Assembly (NCBI RefSeq): GCF_018977255.1
Contig: NW_024704742.1
Location: 1,364,001 to 1,428,000, forward strand
DNA length: 64,000 bases
Direction of reading: 5' to 3'
DNA from: Callorhinchus milii
Taxonomy: Eukaryota
Shown here: positions 11,797 to 24,900 of the stretch, piece by piece
Numbering within the stretch: the stretch's first letter is position 1
How the letters are laid out: each line of letters starts with the position of its first letter
Program-made: the position numbers and the translations under genes
The notes under the pieces: generated by a model
The model's input: the letters and a program-made list of their open reading frames with translations, nothing else
Databases searched by the model: none
Told to the model about the DNA's origin: nothing

Positions 11797-12410
11797 CGTG
11801 TGTGTGTGTGTGTGTTGGGTGAGTGTGTGTGTGTGTGTGTGTTGGGTGAGTGTGTGTGTCGGGTGAGCGTGTGTGTGTGTGTTGGGTGAGTGTGTGTGTG
11901 TGTCGGGTGAGTGTGTGTGTGTGTGTGTGTGTTGGGTGAGTGTGTGTGTGTGTCGGGTGAGTGTCTGTGTGTGTGTTGGGTGAGTGTGCGTGTGTCGGGT
12001 GAGTGTGTGTGTGTGTTGGGTGAGTGTGCGTGTGTGTGTGTTGAGTGAGTGTGTGTGTGTCGGGTGAGTGCGTGTGTGTATGTTGGGTGAGTGTGTGTGT
12101 GTGGCGGGTGAGTGTGTGTGTGTGTGTGTTGGGTGAGTGTGTGTGTGTGGGGTGAGTGTGTGTGTGTATGTTGGGTGAGTGTGTGTGTGTGTGTCGGGTG
12201 AGTGTGTGTGTGTTGGGTGTGTGTGTGTGTGTCGGGTGAGTGTGTGAGTGTATGTTGGGTGAGTGTGTGTGTATGTTGGGTGAGTGTGTGTGTATGTTGG
12301 GTGTGTGTGTGTGTGTGTGTCGGGTGAGTGTGTGTGTATGTTGGGTGAGTGTGTGTGTGTGTGTCGGGTGAGTGTGTGTATGTTGGGTGAGTGTGTGTGT
12401 GTGTGGGGTG
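11797..12410 (+). repeat. (GT)n-based minisatellite with YGGGTGAGT spacers, ~25 units
   Basis: Read directly: (gt)n ttgggtgagt / (gt)n tcgggtgagt, often alternating. Confidence 0.97.
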
Positions 12411-13353
12411 GGGGTGTTCGGGGGGGAGTGGGGGGGAGGGGGGGGCAGTTTGTTTTAGGGCTTTGTCCTTTTTATTGTTTTAAAAAAAAAGAATGTGTTC
12501 AATTTGATCTTTTGAAAATTTGATGGCAATCACCTAAAAAGGGCTCAAACCCACCGGCAAAACGTGGTGCTGCCGCAGCTCCGAGGGGCTGTACTCCCTC
12601 CAGAGATCTCGTGCAGCTTCTGACACCATAGTGGTGGATGAATGGGGGTGGAGTGAAGGTGGGGGGTGGGGGGGATGGGGGGTGGGGGGGGTTGGGGTGG
12701 TGGGGGGGGGCAGGGCAATGTATGTCAAGTCTAAAGAAACGTGAAGGGCACAGCAGTGTGTGGTTTGATTGACTCTACAGTTAGCTTTCCTGGCGACTGG
12801 CCGGCCGGCGCCCCGATCCTCAGCGGGGCCTCAATCCCCACAGGCGCGAACGTTATTATTTGCTGTGGTCCAGCCTCCAGAATCCTTATTTTAAAGCGAT
12901 AACTCACGGAAAGGCAGCGCAGAAGGCTCGCTCGCGGCTCTCGAGACCTTCCTCTTTGACGCTGCCTTCGGTCATCGCTCTGCCCTCCAAGCCCTCTGGA
13001 CCCCAAACCCCCAGCTCGGGCGCTAAAGCCTTCCCTGTCCAGCGGCTCGGGACGTCCTCCCGACGTTGAAAGGCCGCTATACAAAATGCAATTGGTTGCT
13101 GTTGTCGAGGTCGCTCGTGGTGGTGGCTGTTGTCGTCGTTGTCGTCGAGCCAAATTATTTTGGGGGGGGTGGGGGGGGGAGGGGCGGAGGTGGGGGGAGC
13201 TGGCTTTGAGCGATCGGATTCCCTGCGCTTCCTCTGCGAGTCAATGAATAGTTTTACTTTCTGTTTGTCCTGATTGATCTGTGTGGGATCCTGGTTCGTT
13301 TTTCACCGCTATTCGAAAAACAAAGCTGGTGGGGAATCAAAATGTGAGAGAAA

Positions 13354-13438
13354 ACACACACACCCACAGACACAGACACACAGACACACACACACACACA
13401 GACACACAGACACACACACACAGACACACACACACACA
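13354..13438 (+). repeat. (CA)n-like microsatellite in FAM13A intron 1
   Basis: Direct reading. Confidence 0.95.
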
Positions 13439-13479
13439 ACAATACAAAATAACCCCAGGATTGCATGGAAGCAGACATT

Positions 13480-14150
13480 GGCAACACAAGAAGACTGCGG
13501 CATCTATTCGGGAAGCTGTCGTGGTCGGTGTCGTGCGGTGCGGTGCGGTGCGCGGGACAGTCCCCCCACTCGCTGCCCGTTACTCACACAGACGGTGATG
13601 GCTCCCGCTCCCATTGTTCAGGAAAGGCATCCGAGAGCAACCGGCTGACGGGGCGGAGGGACGTCTGCCACAAAACCACCCCGCCCGCACCCGGGGCCAG
13701 CCTCAACCACCGGCGTCGCCCGCGCCAGCGTGGGCTGACCGGTCACCCGCGGAGACTTCCTCAAACTTCCCTCGAAAACTTTTTTCCCCCCGTCCTCCCG
13801 ATCCCTCTGCTTGTGCAATGGCTGCAGCCTTTATTCGCAGCCAGACATCTGGGATGCCTGCCCCTACACTGAAATCTGATCTACAGCTCGCTGCTGGCAG
13901 CCTGGAGCAATCACATGACCAGCACTTTTTTTTATTATAACACACACGCACACAGGCACACAAAACCGGGAATTTGTCTGCAAGAATCCACGCGGGTGAC
14001 TGTAACGTTCAGCCCCTCGGGGTATTGAGAAAGCTCCTGAAGAATGCAACGTAGGCTCGTTTACGGACCCCGATGTAGGGCGACCGTGTCTCGGAAACTA
14101 CATCCGCGGACACCACACGTTAATTAATGCCTCTATTAAAAAAAATTGGG
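13480..14150 (-). promoter_or_regulatory. CpG-rich first exon / promoter region of FAM13A
   Basis: High GC and CpG density around and upstream of the FAM13A start codon compared with CpG-poor flanks. The TSS cannot be determined. Confidence 0.7.
13588..13614 (-). CDS. FAM13A: FAM13A coding exon 1 (MGAGAITVC)
   Basis: Minus strand reads aacaATG GGA GCG GGA GCC ATC ACC GTC TGT|gtgagt: strong Kozak context, 27 coding nt, canonical phase-0 donor. Matches the human FAM13A N-terminus MGAGALAIC and lies in a CpG-rich stretch. Confidence 0.92.
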
Positions 14151-16799
14151 ACTCACCACAATTGCTGACGCTGGCGGTACTGGGGGAAAGGAAGCCTGTT
14201 GGATAAATGGCTGTGTTTCTCTGATGAGTGCATCTGTTTGAGAACTTTATTGTTCTTGCGCAGTTTGTTGCTGAACTCAACACGGGGCAAATTTGGCCCC
14301 GGGGTCACAATATCTCATCCCGGGACTGTATCGGAAATCAGAGACGGGTGGCCCCTACCATCTTGAAATCTCCTGAAGAGTATGTTTATTTGCAGACCCC
14401 AAGGGTAACACCATTAACATAACCAGACTGTAATAAGGCAGAAATGCTGCCAGATCCTCGGTGGCCCCCACTGATAACTGAAAATAATAACCATCCTTGT
14501 ATTGCAAGACCACAGCAGTCTTGTGCCACACGTCTACCCCAGCTCCGCTAGGTAAAGGATTCAAAGGCTCCCGACTCCAGATACAGGAAAATGGGAGCGC
14601 CGTTCATATCTGGACGGTATTAGAGAAGCCGATTCGATAACGACTTTTAAGAGAGAAGTAGGTAATTATTTGGGGAGGACAGGTTTGCAGGGCGATAGGG
14701 AGAGAGCGGGGGAGTGGGATTGAATTGGATTGCTCTTTTCAAAGAGCCGGAGCAGATATGATGGGCTGAATGGCCTCCTTCTGTGCTGTATGACTCTATG
14801 ATTCTAAGCATTGCAGGATGTCTCAGAGTACAGCATTATGTAACAAGGGAAACCCAAATGAGGCAAAGAAATAAAATAACAAAGAGAGAGGGAGGTGAAG
14901 TGAGACTTACACACACACACACATACACACACTAGAAGTTGTCGTTAAAATACTACGCAATTTAACAATTTGATAAATAGGAAATATTTAATAAATAAAA
15001 GGTAATAAAATCACTGCACCTCACCGTAAAATCCCCCCAAGTGGATGGAGACATCCTCCCGCCTCACCGAGCGTGCAAAACGTAATAAAAAATAACAAGT
15101 TGGTCGCCGAATCCACGAATGTTTGTGGGGAACCGCTGTACGCACTTGGCTGCCGCGTTTCGTCCGCAAAGTACACACTCAATTCACTTTACAGCGTATT
15201 TCTGTGAAGCGCCTTGAGGCGTCTCAACGACCGGATATGACGCCGTATCAAATGCGAGGATTATTATTACTATTACTACGCATCAACATCTTTTAAGTTT
15301 CTGTATTTTGTCAATAAGCATTCATCGCACGTCAAGTTGGCGTTGGTTCCACGAGGGGCTACAGCTGTTACTTCAGTGATTAAAAAAAATCACAAAGGTG
15401 CCATGAGCAGAAATAACTTGTAGTTCTTGCCCTAATCTGCCCTGTGACCATTGAGTCATAACCTGACGATCAACATTCCTAATCTCCTAACAGTCTCTCC
15501 AGCCTGCCTCCACTTACTTACCTCTCAGGGCACAAAAGGATTAACGGCTCCGCAATATCTAAAAATAAATCAAGACTAATAAAGGAACAGTTTGTTCGAA
15601 ATAAACTGACTGGCGAGAATTAGATGAACCTGATGCAGCGATTTTGCAGGCTCTCAAATAAGCAGAACGTGCTTCCGTTCTGCCCTGCCCGCAATCCTTC
15701 TAACCTGCATCCCTTCCCCGACACGCCCCGTTTAGGGCACTCTCCATTCGGGTTGTGAAACTAATTGGATGGCTGTCACCACATTTTGTGCTAATTTGTC
15801 GACCCCAACAGCCTACGACCGCCATTGATACCCGAGCAGAACCATCTGCCTCTCCAAAAGAGCAATCCATTCAGTCCCATTTACCTGCCTTCTCCTGCAA
15901 ATTATTTCTTCCTCTCCCTCATCACGTCCTCTCACGTTTGCACTGAGGGTGCACCGAGGAACAAGGGATTCCAGGGAATCGGTACAGTTAGATCACTATC
16001 ACACCGGAGGGAATAAATTGTGGACACTGGACTCCGTGGTTTACAGTCACCTGCAGAAAATTCCGCTGACCTTCACTGTCCACACAACTGAATGTCCTAA
16101 GACCCCTTTAACACCTTTGGGTTCAAGCATCTGTTTTCGTTATCTGGAAAACCTACGCTGGAATACACTGCGGGTAAGGACACTATCAATAGTAATAATA
16201 ATAATAATCCTTGCACTTGATGGTTAAAGACCTGCCGAACAGTGGGAACAGAGATGGGGTTTCAGAGACAGAGGCTAATTCACACATACTATGCAGTAGG
16301 TTCCTCACAGTAAATTTGCCTCTTTCCCTAGTGAGAAACTCCTCTACACCCCCTCCCTCCCCACCCTACCTCTACCATCTCCTGACCCGCCTCTTGCTTC
16401 TTGTCCCCCCACCCCCCTCACGTCCCATCTGCCCCACCATGTCCATTTTTCTCCCGCACTGTGGCGTTCCATTCCTGGAGTCCCACCGACTTGTTCCCTC
16501 CCTCCCTCCCTCCCATCTTTCAAGGCACATCAAGACCTTACTCTTTGACCGCGCTTTCTGTCATCTTTTCCCCTCCCCATCCCACCTCTCTCGGCTCCCA
16601 CCCCGAGCTCAGGTGCTCAGCTGGCAGTGTCGAGAGCTTTGAGATGTCCTTCCAAAACAAACAAAGGCGCTGTGTAAATGTTGTTAAGTTTCTGAAAGGA
16701 AAAATTACTGCTTCTGGGGCCCGTGAACCTTTCTCACATCGGGAGCCAAATGGTTGCACCGTCCTGTAGGGTGTAGGTGGTTGAAACCTAAGAGGAGTA

Positions 16800-17400
16800 G
16801 AGGAGCTAAGAGTTCTGGGGATTCAGATCCACAAATCTCTAAAAGTAGCTGCACAGGTAGATAAGGCTATAAAAAGGCCAATGGAGTTTTATCAAGAGAA
16901 ATAGCATATAAAGTGAGGAGGTGATGGTGAATTTATCTAAAACTTTGGTTAGACCACATTTGGAGTTTTGTGTCCAATTCTGGTCCCCACCCTGTAAACA
17001 TATAACAGCGATGGAAAGAGTACAGTGTAGGTTTACTTGGATGATACCAGGGCTGGCAGGTTATTGCTATCAGAATAGGCCGGAGAGGTTAGGCCTTTTT
17101 TCACTCAAGAAGAGATGTTTAAGGGGGGACCCAATAAGTGTTTAAAATTATAAAAGCATTCGATAAGGTCAGCATAAATAGTCTGTTTCCACCGGTCAGG
17201 AAGTTCATAACCAGGGGATACATGTATAAGATAGACACTAGGGGGACCTGAAAGAGAATTTAGGAGGAACTACTTCACTCAGAGGGTAGTGAGAATGTGG
17301 AACTCGCTGCCTAAAGCGGAGGTTGAATCATATCGTGTAGATGCATTCCAGAGGAAACTGGACCTTCAATGAGGGAGAGGGGAACAGAATGGCGTCAGAG
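16800..17400 (+). mobile_element. CR1 LINE ORF2 C-terminal fragment
   Basis: LVRPHLEFCVQFWSP...MERVQCRFTWMIPGL...LGLFSLKKRCLRGD, the CR1 ORF2 signature. Confidence 0.92.
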
Positions 17401-18197
17401 GGATTAGAGTGTGTGTCGACTTATCTGGGAGTCCAAACACCGGCCCGGGCTGTACATGCTTTGTAAATACAGGGAGCTTGCCATTGGCAGCCCTGACTGC
17501 AAGCTTCCTGCTTCTTGTCCAGCCGGGAGCACCCTCCCGCTTAGGGTTTTGGCTGGTAATGTTACGAGTAGCTGAATTAAAACTACAAGCCAAAGCCCTA
17601 GAAGGGAGGAAGGTTCCCTACCCCACGTGACCTGTCCGTCCCTCCAAGTCCTGCCAACGAACCACACTGCTGGGCATTCAACAGCAGTGCCTTGGGGGTA
17701 CTTGCAAAACCCATCCAGCTGAGAATCAGCCATTGCTTCAAGAGTTTAGTTCTCCTTTCCATTTAGGATTGGAGGTAAGCTGCAATCTTATGCACTATCG
17801 CACTATCGCACTATGCACAGGAAGTCGCACAGCTAACGTGCTAAAAGACAATTAATTCCAAGTGGCATCATTGCTCCAAATGTCTTATGACTCACCGGAT
17901 TTTAAATTTGCAAGAGTTACTGAAGGTTCCCTGCACCCATTTAAAATGCTAACACTCACCGATAACAGCTTTTAATCCAAAACAGGCAGTTAAGATTCAG
18001 GGATACTACAGGTGAGAAAAACACAGTTATAGTTACAAGAAATATAATACGCAATGCTACATATTAATAATAATAATAATAACATCAGACCTCAGCTCAG
18101 TTACACTGACCCATTTGATCTCAAAAGCATGGCGCCCATTGGAAAAGAACTGCTCGGTTTGATTTGTGAGTTTGCTAAGCTGGACTGAAGTTAAAGA

Positions 18198-18304
18198 TCC
18201 CAAACAGAAACAGAGAGAGCTGGGAAACCTCAGCGGGTCAGGCAGCATCTACGGAGAAAGGAAAGCGAGTCAACGTTTCGGGTCCACGACCCTTCGTTAG
18301 AACT
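18198..18304 (-). mobile_element. Penelope-like element terminal fragment with degenerate minimal hammerhead ribozyme
   Basis: Minus strand agtt CTAACGA a gggtc gtg gaccc GAAAC GTT gact...gatgctgcctgacccgctgag, the layout of hammerhead-bearing Penelope-like ends. Confidence 0.75.
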
Positions 18305-20214
18305 TAAACGTATCGCGACTGACATTACTTTGTGCAAATTGGCTGCTCTGAGCCGCTGAACGACGTGTAGGCACCACGCCTGAACATCCACACTTCAGGG
18401 CACACAGGTTCAAGAGGGCGAAATCAAATTGTTTTTCCCCCAAAACCCCCGAGTCTCAGCCTGGCTCAGTTGGTGGCACTCTCACCTCTGAGTTAAGATG
18501 GTAGGCTCAAGCCCCACGCCGGGATTTGGAACTCATGTCGGCTGACACTCCAAGGCAGTCCTGGGAAACGTACTTCAAATGACATTAAACCAAACTCCCG
18601 TCTCTGCCTGGAGTCAAGGCACAGTACCACCTACCAGGACATTAGGACTTAATGCACTTCCAGTGACACGCAGGTTCATTTTCTCACCCCTACTCCCTGG
18701 TTGAGAATGTTTTTTTTTTTGGCGAATGATATTTTTGCACCCACTCTCACAAGCAAATGAATAACTGCTGTTAGATTTTCGACGTGGACCGTACCATGAG
18801 CAACGGTCAGCCACGAAACAAGCCCCACGGATTGAGGGAAAGAGAATGTTAAGTCCTGGATGTTTTGCTAATACAGTAGTAATGACTCAAAGGTACTTTG
18901 TTTGGTGTTCTCCTTCAAGTCCTACCTGTAGTCTATTTCAATTTATATTTTCCGGTGGGCGAGGTGGGGGGGTGGGGGGTCAGTGCTGCAGCTTCAGTAC
19001 AAAGTACTTCATCCTCCTCACAATTAACCTAATAATAAAGCTCAGCATTTGATGTTTGGTTTGGGAGAACATTTCACAGAGTACGCTGCAACGTGTAGCG
19101 ACTGTGCATTTTGCCAGATGAATTCTATTTAAAACAACACAAAATCATATGTAAATAGATATTTACTATCAAACAATTGCACGCTCTGGGGGATACCAAG
19201 TTTTGCCTCTTGCCAACCTGCGTCTAATGCTTTCCGGGGATTAGTTAAGCAGGATGGGTCCCTCCAGGGAGAGAGAGAGAGAGAGCGCACATACCATTGT
19301 GTCCATAGTCCACAATCTATCTCTGGTATCTCCACGTGTTGGTGGGAGGCATGGAATTCTCGCTTTGGTTTGGAGACCCTTAAGAGTCGGTGATGGGTTT
19401 CCGTAGGTGTCAGCCACCCGGCCGACAAAAGAAAAATTGTAGGCGGACTAAAGCTTACTATATCAGAAGGATCTTGATTGAAAAAAAAATGATTTCTCCC
19501 ACATGCAGGCTGCCACTTCATCCTCCAGCTTCAACCCAAGCTACTCTGCTGCCGCAGAATGTCACATCAACCTAGAAGAGGTGACCTGGTCTGTTCCTTC
19601 CACATATTTTTTTATTGGGGAGCAAGGTTAGGCCTGATCACCCCCGTTAACCGAATTAGACCGAATTAGTTCCACTTCAGGAACGAACAGTGTCCTCGCA
19701 AACTTGCCCCAACCAATCCCTCCCGAACTCTTCTCAGCCCCCAAATTGTCAAAAAGGTCGATGCGGACCCGAAACATGTCTTCACAACCGCCTGAGCAAG
19801 ACAGGTGACAGGATCGCCTGGCCTGAGCCGAATGACCTAGTTCTCAAGTGAGCTCTGTCTTCCAGTGTCTCGGTTTCCTCTGTGTTCGGGTGGAAAAAGT
19901 GCCTCAGATTGGAAGTACTGCCATTACTGATCCCAACCAGCAGAGGGTTGAAAGCATAGCTGACCTCCTGCTCCTTCCATGGACCATGTTCGTTTGGCTC
20001 AGTGGTTAGCACTCCCAATCTAATTGAGCTTGTCACGTAGGCTCACGTGGGGTACTGGAGGGAGTGCTGTACTGTCGGATGTGCTACCTTTTGGTTAAAC
20101 CGAGGCGAGCGTGTTTAAAATCTTTCGATGCTAATGGAAAAAAGGCGTTTAATTTTAATTTCCAACGTTGAGATTATGGTTAATTGCAACCGTTCTAAAT
20201 GAATGAATAAATAA

Positions 20215-20410
20215 ATAATTTGCTCACTCAATCCACGACTGTTTGTGGGGACGCTGCTGCGCGCGATTTGCTGCCACGTTCCGCACACAAAATATGCAAT
20301 CAATTCACTTTACGGTATATTCTATGAAGAGCTTTGAGACGTCTTGAAAACGTGATAAGGCACTATATCAAATGCAAGGATTATTATTATTATAATATTA
20401 TATTATTATT
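20215..20410 (+). mobile_element. 5'-truncated SINE tail; representative of many (also ~1-200, 4530-4660, 8895-9110, 9785-9900, 15090-15275, 21545-21730, 23610-23810, 25420-25580, 31820-31985, 35830-35980, 45290-45390, 45690-45815, 57110-57175, 57480-57640)
   Basis: caatccacgactgtttgtggggacgctgctg...caattcactttac...gagacgtc...aaggcactatatcaaatgcaaggattatta motif shared with full-length copies. Confidence 0.88.
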
Positions 20411-21789
20411 CAGCTCAACATCAGCTGGTTCCTGAGAATGATTTAGAAGCAAAGCCTTTTTAATAATATACAAAACAAACTGTTGAATAATGCTTAATGG
20501 GAAACAATACAGATTGTACATATTTGCAAATTGAAATGCTGAACAAAATACGGGTCTTCGTAGAAGAAGACTCATAGAGGGCTTGTGGGTGTTGTGGCTA
20601 GGGAAACATACCCGTAGCAAACCCACATCAGGACAAAATATAGAGTGGCTGGCAAAACAAACAGCATCTGGTGTACTGATGACAGATGTCTTCTATCCTG
20701 GCTCTCAGTTACGATGGAACTAATGACTGGAACAGCCAATATGCATTAGTATTCATTTGAGAGGAAAAGACAGAGAAGATGGAAGCTCGCACTCTAAACT
20801 TGCAGCCCACAGAAAATGAGCTCAGTTGACACCAAGCTGATCTGAAGTGAGTGCGACTCCCTCAGGGTTTAGAGTTAAATCTATACCGGTTCAGCGAATG
20901 GATCAGGGCTGTGCAAAACCATCCACTCGATGCATCTACTGCGTTTTTATGAGTATCATCAGGCTTCAACACCAGCTGTGTGGAAACATCTTGCTTCCAG
21001 ATCAAAATAGACGATCAAATTAAAGTGCGATCTCGCCATGAGTAGCCCCCACTCAGACAAACAGCCACAAAACACTAGAATTAACTTGAATCTTTCTTTT
21101 TAATTACGTCCTAAAAAGAAAAGCACGTTCGAAGTGATGTGGTTGATCACCACTTTCGGGACATCATCTTGTCTTGGAAGCTTTGTGGAATTGAGAGAAT
21201 GTGAGGGATAGCATAATGGTATAATGGGAGAGAGGTGGTGGGGGTGGGGGTGGGAGAGAGGGAAGAAGGAAAACACTCACAGACAGAGAGTTTGTCTCTG
21301 ATCTACGCTGTGTGCTCAGTCCCAATTGCAAGCTAATTCTGAGTCACGCAGAGATGAATAAATGATTGTCGATCCCACGTGTAGCGATATTTATCACTAC
21401 TGGTGCCTGGGGCTTATTTTGAACGGAAGTATAATGAATGTGAATACATTCTTCCCCTTACGCAACACACTGACTCATCCTGGGATTCCACAGACACCGA
21501 TTGCCCCTCCAGGACCTTGTTGTCTGAGTGACGATACTTCAAGAATATAATAATAAATAAATAATAATAATAATAAAAATTCTTACATTTAATGTAGCGC
21601 CTTATCACGTCGTTGAGACGTCTCAAACCACCTCACAGAATATACTGAAGAGTGAATTCACTATATATTTTATGGGCGAAACCCATCAGCCAATTTGTGC
21701 GTAGCAGTGTTCCGCGAACAGTTGTGGATTGGCCGAGATGAAGTGCTGGACCTTGGTTAAGTAGGACTCGAACCATGCGAGTGTGGTCT

Positions 21790-21915
21790 CACTAAGGTGG
21801 AAGAGGGAGGAGGTGGTGGAGAAGGATGGTGTGGTTGACTGTGTCGAACGCTGTGGAGAGATCTAGGAGGATGAGGAGGCAGAGGGAGCCCTGGTCACAG
21901 AGAGGGAGAGGACGG
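21790..21915 (-). mobile_element. L2 reverse-transcriptase fragment
   Basis: LILLDLSTAFDTVNHTILLHHL matches the RT motif LLDLSAAFDTVDHxILL. Confidence 0.85.
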
Positions 21916-24900
21916 CACTTGTTATTCTGACGAGCGCTGTCTCTGTGCTGTACGCTGGGCGAAAATTGGACTGGAGGGATTCGAGAAGGGAGTGCAGGGA
22001 GAGATGTGAGCGAAGTTGAATGTGCAACAACACGTTTCAAAACTTTGGCCAGAGAGAGCCGTTGTTTGAGATGAGTCTGAAGTTCGTGAGGTTGGAGGGA
22101 ACTCAGTGAGCAACTTATGCACCTGAACATTGTTCAAAATGTTTTCTTTCCAAAGGCATAAACGGCTTGCATGATTGTCGTCTCCAGGAACGTATATCCA
22201 GCTAATGGGGACAGGTTAAGAACAGCAATTGACTAGACTTGTGAGAGGGCCAGTTCCTAGTTGGGATTTCATGACCCCAGTTTCTTCACGAACTGCTCTG
22301 CATCGGTCAAAATTCTCAGGTCATGAGATAAGAGCCACGGAAACAATCACACTTGAAAAAAAACTCTCCTGGTTGCTTTCAGATCACTTATCCTGACGTA
22401 TCTTGCACTGTATCTATGATTGGTCACTTTCCAAGACGTAGTTTTTCCTTAAGCTCAACAATTCAGAAACCATTGTGCGCCACAGAGTGCTTCCAGCTGC
22501 TTCTTTTCAGTCTCGTTCTTAATATTTCTGCCTTTTTCAAGCTGTATTCCATTTGCTATAAATCATTTTCCTGCATTCGCAATCTATGGCACATAAAACA
22601 TCAATGCACAACGGTCGCAAAACGGAGGGCAGATCCCAGCAAACTGACTCCAATAACTTCAATAGTTCCCTCGGCAAGAGGAAAGTAATTAGTTGGAGTT
22701 ACACAACGTTGAATTCCATTGGGGAATCTTGCACGAGGCACTTTTGATTTTACGGAGATTAAACAATCTTGACAGAATCCTCCAGTACCATAGCAACAAC
22801 AACAACACATTGCATTTACATAGCCTCTTTCATGTCGGGAGGACGTCCCAAGGTGTTGGACATTCAAGGTTCCTGAGCTGGGGGTTGGAGTCAAGAGGGG
22901 TAACATATTTGTTTACTATTATTAATAATAAATAAACATATTGACTGTATGATTTATTATTGCCTATTATCAGCGAGCTAACATATCGGTTTGTCACTCG
23001 TATTCCTTATTCCTTTGTCCCTTACCTCGGAGTGGATGTGGCGAATACATTTCGGCAAAAAAGATTTCCTGTCCACATAAACGAGAGAAATAAAATGCAG
23101 TCCATAATCACAAAAAAAAAACCTGAATTTGATATTGCTCCTTATGTCGTGGAAAAGCCTTAAAACGCTTAACAGAATATTACTTGAAATAATAGTGACT
23201 GTGTATTCGTAGGCAAAATACCGGTCGATACTAATGAGTCATTAAATTGTGCACCAATATTCAGTCACTTCCAAAATGGCTCGTCTAAGCATATCTGTGT
23301 GATTACTCGGCTCACACACCAGATGGTGCTGCTTTTGAAGCGAGTCATTCTCAAATTCATTGTAGATTACCTTTGCTGCGGAGATGATAATATGAGTGCA
23401 TGGAGTTGGGACCAGAAAATTCCATGCAGTTATACGGAGTACGCAGTTACCCAAAGTTCATTTGTGGTGCCAACTTCCCCTCGTTCTCCGCGCTCTCTCT
23501 CTCTCTCTCTCTCCCGCTCCTGCTCTCCTCCAGCGCCTTGGGACGTCCTCCCGAACGTATATTTTGTTTTTTTGTTTGTTGTTGTCTTCCCGTTGCTCCC
23601 TGAGAGAGGACCCGGGTTCGATTACGAGAGGGTAAATATCCCTTCAAAAGTAAATAAATCATTTGGTCATTCAGTCCATGACTGTTTGTGGGACACTGCT
23701 GTGCTCCATTGGTTGTTGTCTATTGCCTACAAAATGCACAATTCACTTTGCAGTACAGTCTGTTACGCACTTTGAGAAAGCGCTATATCAAATGCAAGGT
23801 TTTTTCTTCTTATAATTAGATCGCAAGGATGCTTCCGGCGCCAAAACAGACTCCCTATTATCTTTGTTCACTTTACGAATTTCCCCACCTCCTGCCCCCC
23901 TTTTCCCCCCATGTTTTCTGCAAACTAAAATAATCAATCAAGGTAGTCAATCAGATCTGGTATACGAGATCCAGAGATCATTGTGTTGCACCGACTATTA
24001 ACCGAAGTGTACATTTCCCACTTTGCAGTGTACTGTGTTTATATTGTGTCAAGTCGCTCGGAACTAAATTCTGTCAGATTCTCTCTATAATCTGTTTGAT
24101 ATATTTGGACTGGGAATCGGACCAAAAAGAAGTTTGAACTCACTTGTGCAATGAGGGGGTTTAATGCTCTTGCATTTTGCGAGGATGCAATGCCGGATCA
24201 TGATAAATGATTTATTAGATTATTTGGTGAAGTGTTCAGAGAAATTTCCAGTGCACAACAGATTGTGTCTATTAGTCGAGATATTTATGTGAGCTTAAGG
24301 CATTATGCAGTGAAATCAGAAGCTGGCAAGGATCAAGCAGAATACTGTCGGTATATAAGGAGACAGACAGACACCATGTTGCTTTGCCCTCACAATAATC
24401 CCTTCCATGCATACACTTTAGTTGTGTGAAGGACTGTAGTTAATTGCTTATTGCCTTAGAGAGAGAAGTCATCCTTGCTTTGCATCTTGCATGTGAAATC
24501 AAAAGTGAGAGTTCACCCTATCACCGTTAGTGGCGTCCTGTAGTGAAGTGGTTAGCGCACTACTTGGTCCCTGTTAACACTGCAATCCCAAGCCCTATCA
24601 GGCAGGGTGTGCCTTGCTGGATAAGGAGCAGGAAAGTTGCCAGACAGTGGTCGAAGTGGCAAGCTACATGGTTTCTACTGGTTAAACTCCAGCAGCGCTT
24701 CAACACGAGCCTTGGTCCTCACCAATCTATTACTCGCCCGGATTAGGCGAGCAGGGTGCATCCGGCTGTGGAGAGACTGTGCATTCCATTCCAGTCCACA
24801 GGGAAATTTCCATGGCTCCGTGGAACTCTCAGTTGGGTTTGGATAGTTTCGGCCACGGCGACAGGTTTGAATATGTCCCCCACCAGGCTGCACACAAAAA

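Noticed and set aside
11797-12410. CRISPR-like repeat-spacer array
   Set aside because: Spacers are plain (GT)n, the repeat is only ~9 bp, the context is eukaryotic and there are no cas genes.
19745-19785. Second hammerhead-like motif (ggtc...gacccgaaac)
   Set aside because: The CUGANGA core is absent and the cleavage-site palindrome is disrupted.
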